A stretch of 64,000 bases of DNA from Minutocellus sp. GHC0000111 (Eukaryota), in NCBI GenBank assembly GCA_977018835.1, contig OZ361256.1, positions 2,356,001-2,420,000 on the forward strand. Reading direction: 5' to 3'. Position 1 is the stretch's first letter, and every line of letters starts with the position of its first letter. This document shows, in pieces, positions 46,323-57,535 of this stretch. Made by a program: the position numbers and the translations under genes. The notes under the pieces are model-generated. The model made no database searches. It had not been told where the DNA came from and saw only the letters and a list, made by a program, of their open reading frames with translations.

Positions 46323-47169
46323 GGTTGAAAGTTGGGTGGGGTTGTTGCGTTTGCGCAAAAAAGTGAGCTTCCTCCGAGCCAAAAGTGAAGTCAACCGGCC
46401 GGTCAAGCGTCAAGGCGGCGTATCTTCGAGAAGATTTCGGCTCAACTTGCAAAACGTCGACTTTTTGCGACTTGGATTTTCGAAGTATGCTTGCAATTAC
46501 CCAAGGCGTACCTCGCAGCCATCTTTTCGCTGGCGGACGTCTGGCCTGCTTCCGCCTTCATTTTTTCACTTTCGGCATCAAAAGTCACAATTGAGGTGGC
46601 AGGCCTGCCACGACAGATATCCACCGAATGCATCCGAATATCATGCATGTATTATTTGGCCTGAGTTGCAGCTCTCTGGCTCGGCAGCTGTCTCCGTGAC
46701 AGCGAAAAAATGAGGGTGGTGGCCGAATTTGGTCGGTTGGCCGGGTGGCTTTTCCGCCACTGGCGGATGACGGCGGAGGATGCTCCTGGCACGAGCATCT
46801 TGTCCGCCAGCAAGCTCCGTGCTGCTGCCGATCTTCGAATCTACTCGCTTCCTCGCCCTGACACCCCCGTCGCCCGTGGTTGCCAAAAGATTTGTTATTA
46901 ATGGATGGAGATATCGAGGCACCGGCCTCGGTCCCCGTGGATCGCGCCGAGGACGGCGCCGCCGAGGATTCGTCTCGAAACAGCGTCACCGGCGCAACAC
47001 CAACCAACTCACATCGGATGTCACCGCCGCCCCGCCTTGCTCGGCCAACACCATCCCCTCCGAATCGTTCAACTCCTTCCAATGCAGCTTTGGCCGGTGG
47101 GAATTCACAGGGCGTAGCAGAAACCCTGTCAAAAGTTGCTCGTCCTCATCAGCCAAGGCCTCCAGCACG

Positions 47170-47862
47170 ATGTCCTCGCCGGCCAATGAGTCGGGCAAGG
47201 GGCGCAAACGCAAAAATAATGACTATGACGATGAAGAACTTGCATCATACCAAGGACAGCCAAAACGCTCGAGGGGTGGTGCTCGTGGCCAGAAAGAAGC
47301 TCCGAAAAGATGCCAAGAGGAAGAATGTATCCTTGATCGGCAGAAAGAACAAGAAGCTCTGATGAGACGCCAACAGGAAAAACGCACCCTTGCTCGCCAA
47401 GAGGCAGCAGAGAAACGCCGAAAGCGGGCGCGCATACTCGCTCGACGGAAGCGGCTCGAACAGAGATTGGAATTCGAGTCTCTACAACAGAATGTCACGG
47501 ACATGCATCGTGAGAATGTGATGCTGAAGGCGCTGGTACGCAATCGTTTCCACCCCGATGATGCTGACGAAATACTGGAGCAATGCGAGGCAAATGAAGA
47601 GATACCCCGCATTGTCAGGGATCTGCTACATGTATCACACTCATCGCATAATCCAATCCCCAATGATCAGATTGATATTATTGATTCTCTCGCTGCCGCC
47701 GCCACCGCTGCCGCCGCCGCCTCTGTATTTGATGCCGTGTTCGATGACTTCGACTTCGAGACCAATACCCTCGATGCCGCCGCCACCGCTGCTGCCGCTG
47801 CCTCTGTGTTTGATGCCGTGTTCGATGACTTCGACTTCGAGACCAACATTCTGGAGGAATAA
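47170..47862 (+). CDS. bZIP-like transcription factor (aureochrome-like basic/zipper region, no LOV domain)
   Basis: EKRRKRARILARRKRLEQRLEFESLQQNVTDMHRENVMLKALV: basic region plus heptads. Confidence 0.65.
   Translation: MSSPANESGKGRKRKNNDYDDEELASYQGQPKRSRGGARGQKEAPKRCQEEECILDRQKEQEALMRRQQEKRTLARQEAAEKRRKRARILARRKRLEQRLEFESLQQNVTDMHRENVMLKALVRNRFHPDDADEILEQCEANEEIPRIVRDLLHVSHSSHNPIPNDQIDIIDSLAAAATAAAAASVFDAVFDDFDFETNTLDAAATAAAAASVFDAVFDDFDFETNILEE
47689..47850 (+). repeat. 81-bp in-frame tandem duplication
   Basis: L[A/D]AAATAAAAASVFDAVFDDFDFETN encoded twice (47689-47769 and 47770-47850). Confidence 0.95.
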
Positions 47863-48026
47863 GTGGGATTGTGCGACTGGTGGGTTCAGTAGAAGAATAT
47901 ATTCCATGTACAAAATTAGAATCATTATTGTACGCAACAAAGATCATTAGCTCTTTATTTTCTTCGCACTTGTGTGAGAATCGTTGGAAGGGTATGCCTA
48001 ACCTTCAACGACAAGTTACTAACATC

Positions 48027-50256
48027 TTAGCTGAGATTGAAAACTCCACGTCCGGCATTCACCGCGTAGAAGGTATCGGCAAAGACAAGCGAGAGGACGG
48101 CCATGAGCTTCATGACAATGTTGAGAGCAGGACCGGAGGTGTCCTTGAACGGATCACCGACGGTGTCACCAACAACGGCGGCCTTGTGGATGTCGGATCC
48201 CTTGCCCTTGAGCTCGGAATCCGGGGAGGCCTTCTCAATGTACTTCTTGGCATTGTCCCAGGCACCACCGGAGTTGGACATGGAGATGGCCAGCTGCACA
48301 GAGGCGATGAGAGATCCGACGAGAAGACCGGAAACGGCAGTAACGCCGAAGAAGATACCGGTGAGGAGGGGAGTGCCCATAACCATGATACCAGGGGGGA
48401 CCATCTCTCGCAGGGAGGCCTTGGTGGAGATGGCAATGCAGGCATCGTAGTCGGGACGCTCGGTGGGGTTGGCATCGAGAAGGTGGGGCTTCTCATCAAA
48501 CTGGCGCTGAACCTCCATAACCATGGCCATGGCGGCCTCACCGACAGACTTAATGGTCATGGCGGCAAAGGCAAAGGGGATCATACCACCGATGATGAGG
48601 AAGGCGAAGGTCAGAGGCTCGAGCATGTTGACACCAAGAGAGAAGAGGGCATCATCCGAAGAGTGACGGATGCGGGTGACGAAGGCACCGAACAGAGCCA
48701 ACGACACAAGGGCGGCGGATCCGATGGCGAAACCCTTGCCGATGGCGGCGGTGGTGTTACCGGCGGCATCGAGGGCATCGGTCTTCTCACGGACGGCGGG
48801 GTCGAGCTCGGCCATCTCGGCAATACCTCCGGCGTTGTCACAGACAGGTCCGTAAACATCGATGGTAAGGCCGGTGGCGAGGTTGGAAAGGAAGCCAATG
48901 GCGGCAAGGGCGACACCATACATGTCGCAGAGGGTGAAGGAACCATAGACGACAAGGGCAAGGACGATGACGGGGATGATGACGGACTTGCATCCGAGGG
49001 CAATGCCGTAGATGATGTTGGTGGCGGCACCGGTCTTGCACGAGTTGGCAACCTCACGGACGGGCTTGTAAGAGTGGGAGGTGAAGTACTCGGTGAGGAG
49101 ACCAATCACGAGACCACCGACGGCACCCATGATGACGCAAACAGCGGCCTCCCAGGGGCTGAGAGTAAGAGTCTTGTCAATACCGACGGCAGCCTTGAGC
49201 TCGAAGGCGGGGGGAAGGAAACCGACGGCGGCACCGTAGACGGCGGGGATCATGAGGACGGTGGTGGAGATGAGCTGAAGCTTGAGGGCGTTCTCAACGC
49301 CGGCCTCGGTCTTGACGGGGAGGATGTGAGTGGCCAAGAAGGAGCAGACGAGGCAGACGGCGATACCGACGGCCGACACAATGATGGGGAAGACCATGGC
49401 ATCCCAACCACCGGTGAGGCCGATGGAAGAGCCGATGACGAGGGCAGCGCAAGTGGCCTCGGCGAAGGAGCCGAAGAGATCGGAACCCATACCGGCGACG
49501 TCACCGACGTTGTCACCGACGTTGTCGGCAATGGTGGCGGGGATCGTCCTCGGGGATGCCGTGGACGACCTTGCCGACGAGATCGGCACCGACGTCGGCG
49601 GCCTTGGTGTAGATACCACCACCGACACGTCCGAACATGGCAATGGAGGAACCACCGAGGCCGTATCCGGTAAGAGACTCGGTCAGGTAGATCCAGTCAT
49701 CGGCGACGGGGTAGTGGACACGGAAGGCCAGAGCGGTGAGGTAGAGCATGAGAATGCCCAGACCGCAGAGGGCGAAGCCCATGACGGCACCGGCGCGGAA
49801 GGCGGTGTTGAAGCAGGCGGTCCAGCCGGGCTTCTGGGCGGCGACGGTGGTACGGACGTTGGAGAAGACGGCGACCTTCATGCCGAGGTATCCGGAAACG
49901 ATGGAGGTTCCGGCACCAAGGACGAACGACACAGCCGTGAAGAGACCACGGGCAAAGTCCCATCCGGTGCCCCAGGAAACCAGGACGAAAATGACAGCGC
50001 CGAAGACCACAATGAAGTAAGCGCAGACGGTGTACTCGGCCTTGAGGAAGGACTCGGCACCCTCGTAGATGGCCTCGTAGATCTCGATGAGACGGCGGGT
50101 GGTGGCCTCGTCGTTGGCGCCGGAGACGAGGGACGATCCCTCATCGACGGCCTCGGACTTGACGGGGATCCGGGCGATGACCAGGAACTGCAGGAGGCCC
50201 CAGACCATGCCGATGATGGCGGCACCGATGATGATGCTCGTTGCGGAGAACTGCAT
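48027..50256 (-). CDS. Vacuolar-type H+-translocating pyrophosphatase, frameshifted by an 8-nt deletion
   Basis: [84 protein letters not shown]. The frame breaks at about 49540. Confidence 0.95.
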
Positions 50257-52258
50257 TTTTGTGAGGTGAGGTGTAGGAATTATAAAAATGTGTGTTTGTG
50301 AGTATCGGTGTGCACAAACAAATGGACTGGAAACTTGATGTCCTTGAAAGGCCCAGCACAACCCGAAATCTGGTAATGTTGTTGGCGCAACCGCCGCGAC
50401 GAAAAACGAGCGCATGTCGTGCCAATTAATGATCCGGGGGTCACTGCGCCACAACCGAGCCGAATACCCGCATTATCTGCCACATATATCCAATGGTAGA
50501 TGCATTGCGCAATTCCTCCGGAGGAAGATTCGTCAGCTTCCACGTCGGGATCGGCATTTGCATTTGCGTCCTCCGGCGGTTGTCACTCCGCCCGTTGTAA
50601 GCGGGGGCCCACCCGACGAAAATGCACGCGGGGTCGTTCGCCTTCCGATACCTCATCTCCTGATGATAATATTCCAGCGCCGCCCGAAAGATATCTCACC
50701 GCCATGGTTATTGTTTGTGATTAGCGAATGAACGGCTGGGATTGATGCTTCCCTCGGCCCGTTGATTGCTTTATGCGTGAGGCTGACAACCAGCGTCAAT
50801 GACCGCGCACGTAAAAGCAAGCGGAACCGCGAACGTCGGCTGACTGGATGCCTGACGAAGGTAAGACGCTTCCAATAAAACGGGACCAGAAATGTCCATA
50901 ACTTGATCCCGGTTCTCGAATGTAATGCAACCATGGCGGTCGGAACGGTATCCCTCGTTCGAGCGGTGAATGCACCCGCATCGATGTGTCCATCACCTAA
51001 CCAACCCCCCCATCGGCTCCGCAACATCTCCCCACACCCGACCATATAAAAATATCTCCCAACGAGACTCACCGGGTTGATCACCCACGTCGGATGGAGA
51101 GAAAAAACACCAAGAGACCGCCCAGCAGTATTGGCAATAAGAACCAGGAATATTTGATGCATTTGGCGTCGCGCGTTCTCCGTTCCGGCGTATCCTCCGG
51201 TGACGAACCGGGCGGCGATGCCATATTGGTCTCGCTCGATCGTTTTCGCAAGTTCATTATTGTGGTATTGTATTCGTTTGGCTTTCGTTCTATTTCCCTT
51301 TGTTTCCCCTGAAGATGATGTGTTATGTGCTGCTGTTGCAATCTGACGAGAATGAATCAGTGGATGCTGGGGTGTCTCATAAGGAAGAAGTGTTTTTGTG
51401 CAGTAAAATTTTTTGAAAAATGTTATGCTTGTAAAATTATTTGAAGAAGAAATTATTTCAATAAATGTTTCTTACTAATCATGCTTTTACTCAATCCCAT
51501 CGCCACGCCATGAGGTCATTTGGGTCATTGGATTGTCATTTCTCGAATCATCATTCTCGTCATCCCTGTTCTGCACACTTGCTGGGAAAGAGAGCAAAGC
51601 GAGCAAAAAGAATACATAATGCCGCGAATCACACACAGTGGATGTGCTGACCGGGCACATAAGTGGGCTGGCTAATCATGCCTAGCAAGCTGCTCAAGTA
51701 GGCGCCGTTCGAATGTTTTCGCCGTTGCAGCATCTCCCGACGACTTTTTGTCATTGCTACTTATCGTCGACTTGCGACATGACTTGACTTGCTTGGCCCA
51801 TCTTCCAATCGTTGGGCGTTCTCCTGAGTGCCCTCGGGATAATTTGTCAAGCATAAGGGTAATTGTCAACCATGGGCCGGACATATATCGGCTTGCAGTC
51901 CCTACATCTTGAAGAATCGCCAGATGTCTCTGGTCGTCATGGCGGCGTGTTTCGATGCTCAGACCCACGAATGTATGTGCTCCTTGCATGTGCCCAGGCC
52001 ATTTGCCGTCAACTGGGGCGCTTTTTTCATTGTGGAATCGTGTGGGAAATCAAAGAGCGACAATGAGACAACTAATATTTACTGGAAATTTTGCAGTGGT
52101 GCCTTATCTAGCTAGCGCTAATATATATGCAGTGGGCTCCTGAAAAGACATTCATGGGTTTTTACCACAAACGTTTCGGAATACATGGCAATATATCTAC
52201 TTAGCAGATGTGCAACGGAAGAAAGCTACTCATTGCTATTCATAGTCGAGCGCAAGCA

Positions 52259-53935
52259 CTATGAAGTCGACATCGCGTGCGAGTATCCCCATGCAGCCAA
52301 AAAATGATCAGTCAGTTCTATCCCACCATATTTTGCTTGCCTTTTATCCATTATCGCCGTCACTTCCATTAACAACTTTCGAGCTTCCAGGGCACCTTTC
52401 CCATTGATGGCTACTGCCTTTCGCAGATCAAAGTAGGCCTGAGACACAAACAAGCCAGTGCAATTCTTCATATACAAACATGCTTTGGCATTCCTAACTA
52501 AACTTTTCTCGTGCCTCGGATCCAAGGCAAGAGCTTGTGTCGCCGACCAACTCGCTTCTTCATACATTTTGAGACGGAGCAAACACTCGGATTTATTTGA
52601 CAGAATTTTCACGATTTCGTCTCTATGAACCCCTGCAAATGCATTTGCCTTGGTGCACAGCTGGAATGGGTTACCCAGGGAAGATAAGCCACTGTGGTAA
52701 ACGAGACGTTCTTCCATTGGCATAAGGTAATAATCTGCGAAATAGTCCTCCTCTTCGTCTTCAGAATCATATCCATGGTCAGCTTGAAACTCTTTCACAC
52801 GCTGCATCAACGGTGACAGGTCGTCTCCTAATTTTTCTTTAGGTTGATTCATTGCCCGGGCAAATTTGTGCAGGGCTCGGTCATACTTTTCAATTGCCTT
52901 TTCGTATTTCTTTTCGAGGAAATATTTGTTCCCACCATCCTTCAATTTTAAAGCGGCTTGATAGAACTTCTGGTCAACATCGATTGCCATCTTTACCGCC
53001 TTTCTACCATCAGCATTCCTCACAAAGTCAGCAATCAAATCGACAGTGACGTCTTCAAGATTATGATCTCCAAAATATCCTACAATGCCTGGGCCAGTCC
53101 AATTCATCTCATGCACAGCGATGCAACAATCAAAGTCCTCTTCGGGATCGCCAGGGCGGATTCGCTCTCTTTGCCAGACCTCGTTCTTTGACTCTCTAGG
53201 GACAAGACCGAAACACCGCAGCTCAGGCCGAACACCCTGAATTGAGGTTGCTTTCACACTAAATCTCATTTCGTTGGCTGCTTGGCCAAATACATCGGTC
53301 ACGGCATCCTCGTCGCACGGTCCCCACAGGGAGCGGTAATAAGACGTCGCTTTCCAATTGGCGATCTCAGTGCCCTTAAAAATTCGATTCATATGTTCAA
53401 TGTTATGCCCTCCTTCCGGCCCACAGAAGGCAATAGCGCCACCAAGTTCGACGAATAGGCGAAGGACGCCCTCCAAAGGCTGTGGAATGTCGTTCTCGGT
53501 TTCATTAGCGGGGAGATCGATAACGACAATGGCATGATATTCTCCGTTCAAGATCTCTTTCCATACCTTATCGAGATCGTACGTGCTGAGTATCTTGATG
53601 GTAGAATTTGATCGACGTGGGAAGGTATCGCTCTCCTCGTCTGCTTCCTCGACCTCGTCGCCTCCTTCAAAGCGCCTTGGCCAAAAGCCCAGTGAGAGGC
53701 CTGACCCGTCGAGGTCGAGGATCAGCACCTTCTTCTTTGGGCCCCGTGGCCGCGCTCTTTTCTCACTACTAAGCTTGGCTTTGGACATCTTCCCCGACAT
53801 ACTTCTTGCGTCTTGGCCCGCTTTTGACCTCATTCTCTCATTCGCCGCGTGCGCGCGTGCTCGCTCGCGGTGGCGTCGGTCGTCTGTCCATGCCCCCGCC
53901 AGAGAAAACGATGTCATAACAATACCCACCGGCAT
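52259..53935 (-). CDS. TPR-repeat protein
   Basis: ALKLKDGGNKYF..KKYEKAIEKYDRAL, ILSNKSECLLRLKMYEEA...ALALDPRHEKSLVR. True start uncertain, probably an internal Met. Confidence 0.8.
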   Translation of the reverse strand: MPVGIVMTSFSLAGAWTDDRRHRERARAHAANERMRSKAGQDARSMSGKMSKAKLSSEKRARPRGPKKKVLILDLDGSGLSLGFWPRRFEGGDEVEEADEESDTFPRRSNSTIKILSTYDLDKVWKEILNGEYHAIVVIDLPANETENDIPQPLEGVLRLFVELGGAIAFCGPEGGHNIEHMNRIFKGTEIANWKATSYYRSLWGPCDEDAVTDVFGQAANEMRFSVKATSIQGVRPELRCFGLVPRESKNEVWQRERIRPGDPEEDFDCCIAVHEMNWTGPGIVGYFGDHNLEDVTVDLIADFVRNADGRKAVKMAIDVDQKFYQAALKLKDGGNKYFLEKKYEKAIEKYDRALHKFARAMNQPKEKLGDDLSPLMQRVKEFQADHGYDSEDEEEDYFADYYLMPMEERLVYHSGLSSLGNPFQLCTKANAFAGVHRDEIVKILSNKSECLLRLKMYEEASWSATQALALDPRHEKSLVRNAKACLYMKNCTGLFVSQAYFDLRKAVAINGKGALEARKLLMEVTAIMDKRQAKYGGIELTDHFLAAWGYSHAMSTS

Positions 53936-53957
53936 AGCTCACTTCATCCCGACGACA

Positions 53958-55654
53958 ATGTACCGTGTGAGACTACTTGCCTCGGAAAATGTTGTCACCG
54001 GCCGTACCGGCGGCATCAAGCGCCGTCTGCTCGCAACGACATTGAGGCAAGAAGTGAAAGTAGGGGGAAAGAATTTTGGCCATGCAACTAACAGCAGAAT
54101 CGGTAGAATACGACCACGGCAATACATCTCAACTTATGTCGCAGAGCCCTTTACTGTCCCGCTGACCCTTAGCGACGTGTATCTGAAGGATGAACAGCTA
54201 CCTTTCGCTTACGTCTTCAGGGAAACACTTGACTCTCAGCGCCTCATCGATTCCTTCGGCGAGATACTTCGGCGCTACCCAATACTCGGCTCGCAAAAGG
54301 ACTTTACAGCTGGGAAAATACCAACATTGCAGTGTTCAAAAGGAGACAGTGTCACCATGTCTTTTGGTGGAAGCAAGGACACACTAGAAGAATGGATCGA
54401 ATCAAAGAAAAGTGGAGAATTACAACATGACGATTGGTATGAAGGAGGTGGAGCTCCTGTTCTTTCGCCTCTATTTGATGATCTTGTATCGAATAGATGG
54501 GCTGATTTTGACTCAATGTCCATGACTGAGCAAGCAGAGGCAAATGAAACTGAGGGCTTGGCAACTGCTCGCATCACATACTTTGCTGGCGGAGGAACTG
54601 CGGTTGGGGTCAACATATCCCACCTCTTAGGTGACGCAAGCAGTTGCTTTCGAATCGCTCAGGCCTGGGGGCGAGAAATGAGAGGCCTGGACCATCCCGT
54701 TGGCGCATCGAACGACCGTGCTAGCGCAACTCTGACTGGGATGGTGAGCTTGGAAATGGCAGATGCGCTGAATCGTTTTTCGGTGCCTTTGAATATATCA
54801 AGACTACATTGGGGATGAGTAAGCAGACAAGCGACAGGGATGAAAGAAACAATAGCAAATGCAAGACTGATGTGCCAATATCGGAACAGCATGAATATGT
54901 GAGACTACACTTTTCTCAAGAATTATTGCAAGCCATGAAATGTTTTGGCATGGACCACTGTGAGTTGCTTCCACGTCCTAACGGAGAAGAACGCAAGCTC
55001 GAAGCACCGTTCGTATCAACAAATGATATGATTACTGCGTTTGGATGGATGATTAAGAGGCATGTCAGCACTGAAAAGGAGTGGAATATTAGCATGGTTG
55101 TCAATCTACGGAACCGCGGACAGGTCGATGGTCAAGGAGGGGTCGACGATTTCAGTAGTGTGCGCGATGGTGCTGGCTCGGATGGTACATTTGGGAATGC
55201 TCTCACGAGTATCGTGGCCGAGCTTCCACGGTCCATTGATCAAACGATCAGCATGGAGGAAGTTGGCGATGCCGCTTTGGCAATTCGTAATGCGTTGCAA
55301 TCGAGAATGGCAGATATGCCTGCGTTACTTGCCCTCTCACAATCGGGAAACGCAGCTCATGCTCAAAGCCAAGGATCGTGTTTCTCAAGTACAAGCTGGC
55401 GCCAATTTCCACTCTGGGAAATAAACTTTGGGGGCGTCGATGCTACCGATATGCCAGGCGAGCCCATGTTTGCATTCTATGGGAGACCATCCTACGCTTT
55501 GCCGGCTGGCGACACCTATTCCTCCGTTCTTGTGCCGAGTCAGTGCGGCGGCTGTACATACAAGATGCTTGCCCCTTCAAGGCAAGTGCAGTCAATTTTG
55601 AAGCTCCATTCAGATCTATCGCAATTGTTTTTATCATGGGCAAAATCTCAATAG
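53958..55654 (+). CDS. HXXXD (BAHD/CoA-dependent) acyltransferase, one frameshift near 54775
   Basis: NISHLLGDASS, VSTND, VVNLRNR, FGNA, TSWRQFPLWEINFGG. The halves lie in ORFs 53583-54818 and 54809-55654. Confidence 0.8.
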
Positions 55655-55835
55655 ATACATGTAGGCCTGCTTGGTTGAGCTCTGCTCCCAGCAGGATGGT
55701 CTGTTCGTCGTTGGTAGTTCGCTGGGATTTGACCGTTAGGATTCGTTCCAACGATCACCTAACTCGCCTACTAATGACATTCTTTGCTGATTTGTAATAT
55801 GTATGAGTAAGTTGTTAAAAGTTAAATATGTCTGC

Positions 55836-57062
55836 CTAGTCCCAACATGCTTCAATGACTTTTCCGAACACCACTTCGATCTCTCGAACCTTTGCTGGTA
55901 GATGAGATAGTGAAGGGGCAAGAAAATGTGCCAAAATGATCAAGATGAGCACAAGCACAAAGCTTCCCATAAGCTTTGTGCCAATACCGCCCTTACCAAT
56001 TCGACGCTTCAGCTTGCGCTTGGATCGGACGATAGCCTTGCGAATCCTTCCATACAGCGTGGGAGGAGGAGGCAACTTGTTGGTCCGTACGATGCGATTC
56101 ACCAGCTTCTGAACACGCCCATCGGCCAGAAGCGATGCTGCCATAGGTGCAATGACCCTCCCCTCAAACCCTTTGGGGATGGCCACCAGCATCTCATCAG
56201 GTTGAATGTCGTAGTCCGCCAAGCTGAGCACGGAGATGAGTTCCTCCTCAGGCTCTGTGGATCTACGGGAGGCACTGGTCCTCCTCTGAACTCTGGTGAG
56301 ACCGCGGTAGCGCATCCGAGACCTTGCCTTGTCCGAGAAGCATTTCGACGTTGCAACCTTGGGTATCTTGTGGATAATATTGGAAAGTCCCGTCCGCTCT
56401 CGCGTGTCGTAGTACAACGCAACGATCTCAAATTCCTGTGTTTCCGGCGACAGGAGCATGATCAGCACACGGCGATAGTACTGCTCCGCCTCGGTAAGAC
56501 TGGTGGGTGGAAAGCCGGCATATTCTTCTCCCGGGGAAGGTTGGACGGACTTGGCCCGAGCCCTGCCAGCAACACGTGCTCCATTGGTTGTGCCAGTTGC
56601 GCTTTCGATCAATTTCGTGGTGTGCAGCGGAGCATCCACAGAACCCTCGTCGGCAAATTTGACAGATCTTCCCACGTTGGTCGTGCTAGTAGCAGCTGCG
56701 GTAGCGTTGACATTATTCGTCGGGCCTTCCCCTGGATTCATCACAGCATTTCGGGGCGAATCAGATGCCACCGAGGTTCCCAACGATTCCGACGATGACG
56801 AGCCCTTCTTTTTGGATGTGAGACGCTTCCGAATTCCGGCTGACCAACCGGCCTTCCCTTTGCCGGTTGCTTTTGTCCCGGATTCAGCAAACGACGGTCC
56901 CTTCATGGGCGACACCAAGTCGGAGTAGTTGGCGTTCGTGCTGTACTCGACCGAGGAAATTCCGATGCTTGCCGCTTCGTCGTGGTCGGCACCTGCTGCT
57001 TCTGCTGGCGCGCCAGCGGACGGTTTGGCACCGCCGCCGCGGAACAATTTCTTCACGCCCAT
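55836..57062 (-). CDS. Hypothetical protein with C-terminal transmembrane helix
   Basis: Long ORF with globular segment VLIMLLSPETQEFEIVALYYD...EMLVAIPKG and TM FVLVLILIILAHFL. Confidence 0.7.
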   Translation of the reverse strand: MGVKKLFRGGGAKPSAGAPAEAAGADHDEAASIGISSVEYSTNANYSDLVSPMKGPSFAESGTKATGKGKAGWSAGIRKRLTSKKKGSSSSESLGTSVASDSPRNAVMNPGEGPTNNVNATAAATSTTNVGRSVKFADEGSVDAPLHTTKLIESATGTTNGARVAGRARAKSVQPSPGEEYAGFPPTSLTEAEQYYRRVLIMLLSPETQEFEIVALYYDTRERTGLSNIIHKIPKVATSKCFSDKARSRMRYRGLTRVQRRTSASRRSTEPEEELISVLSLADYDIQPDEMLVAIPKGFEGRVIAPMAASLLADGRVQKLVNRIVRTNKLPPPPTLYGRIRKAIVRSKRKLKRRIGKGGIGTKLMGSFVLVLILIILAHFLAPSLSHLPAKVREIEVVFGKVIEACWD

Positions 57063-57348
57063 AGGAAAGCAAACTGTGACCGACCCTCGCCCCGTCCAAC
57101 AGTTATCAATGCCGCCGAAGTGCCGGCGGCAAGCGGCTTCTCTACTACGCCTGGCCTTGAGCAACTCAACAAGCACATCTACTAGTATCTGCTGGCAAGC
57201 TGGCAAGGGCGACGAAAAACGGGCGGACCACAGATCGGCAGGCACAAAAGGTGTTTCGAGTAAGTGATACATGACTGTTTCGAGTGTGATCTGATCAACA
57301 TTGAAGTTCGCATGCGTCTGGACATTTCGGTCCGCACTACGATCTGAA

Positions 57349-57368
57349 TGTACCTAGGCCTAGGTACA
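57349..57368. repeat. 20-bp perfect palindrome TGTACCTAGGCCTAGGTACA
   Basis: Read directly; lies between divergent genes. The core is identical to 4582-4597. Confidence 0.9.
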
Positions 57369-57535
57369 CGTATAAGCTTATTGCAACAGCTGCTGCCGCG
57401 CGGCAGGAAACTCCGAAGCGAAGAGCTCCTCGCTCAGGCCCAGTTTTTGATAAGACCGATTTCAATTGGATATCCCGTGCAATAGCTCCACGGAAATTGC
57501 ACGATCGTAGACGAATACAATCAGAGAATTTCATC

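Noticed and set aside
47871..50301. Long plus-strand ORFs (600 aa and 323 aa)
   Set aside because: Antisense shadows of the codon-biased V-PPase gene.
50300..52250. Short ORFs or an RNA gene in the long intergenic region
   Set aside because: No recognisable motifs, codon bias or tRNA/rRNA structure; probably regulatory DNA upstream of the V-PPase.
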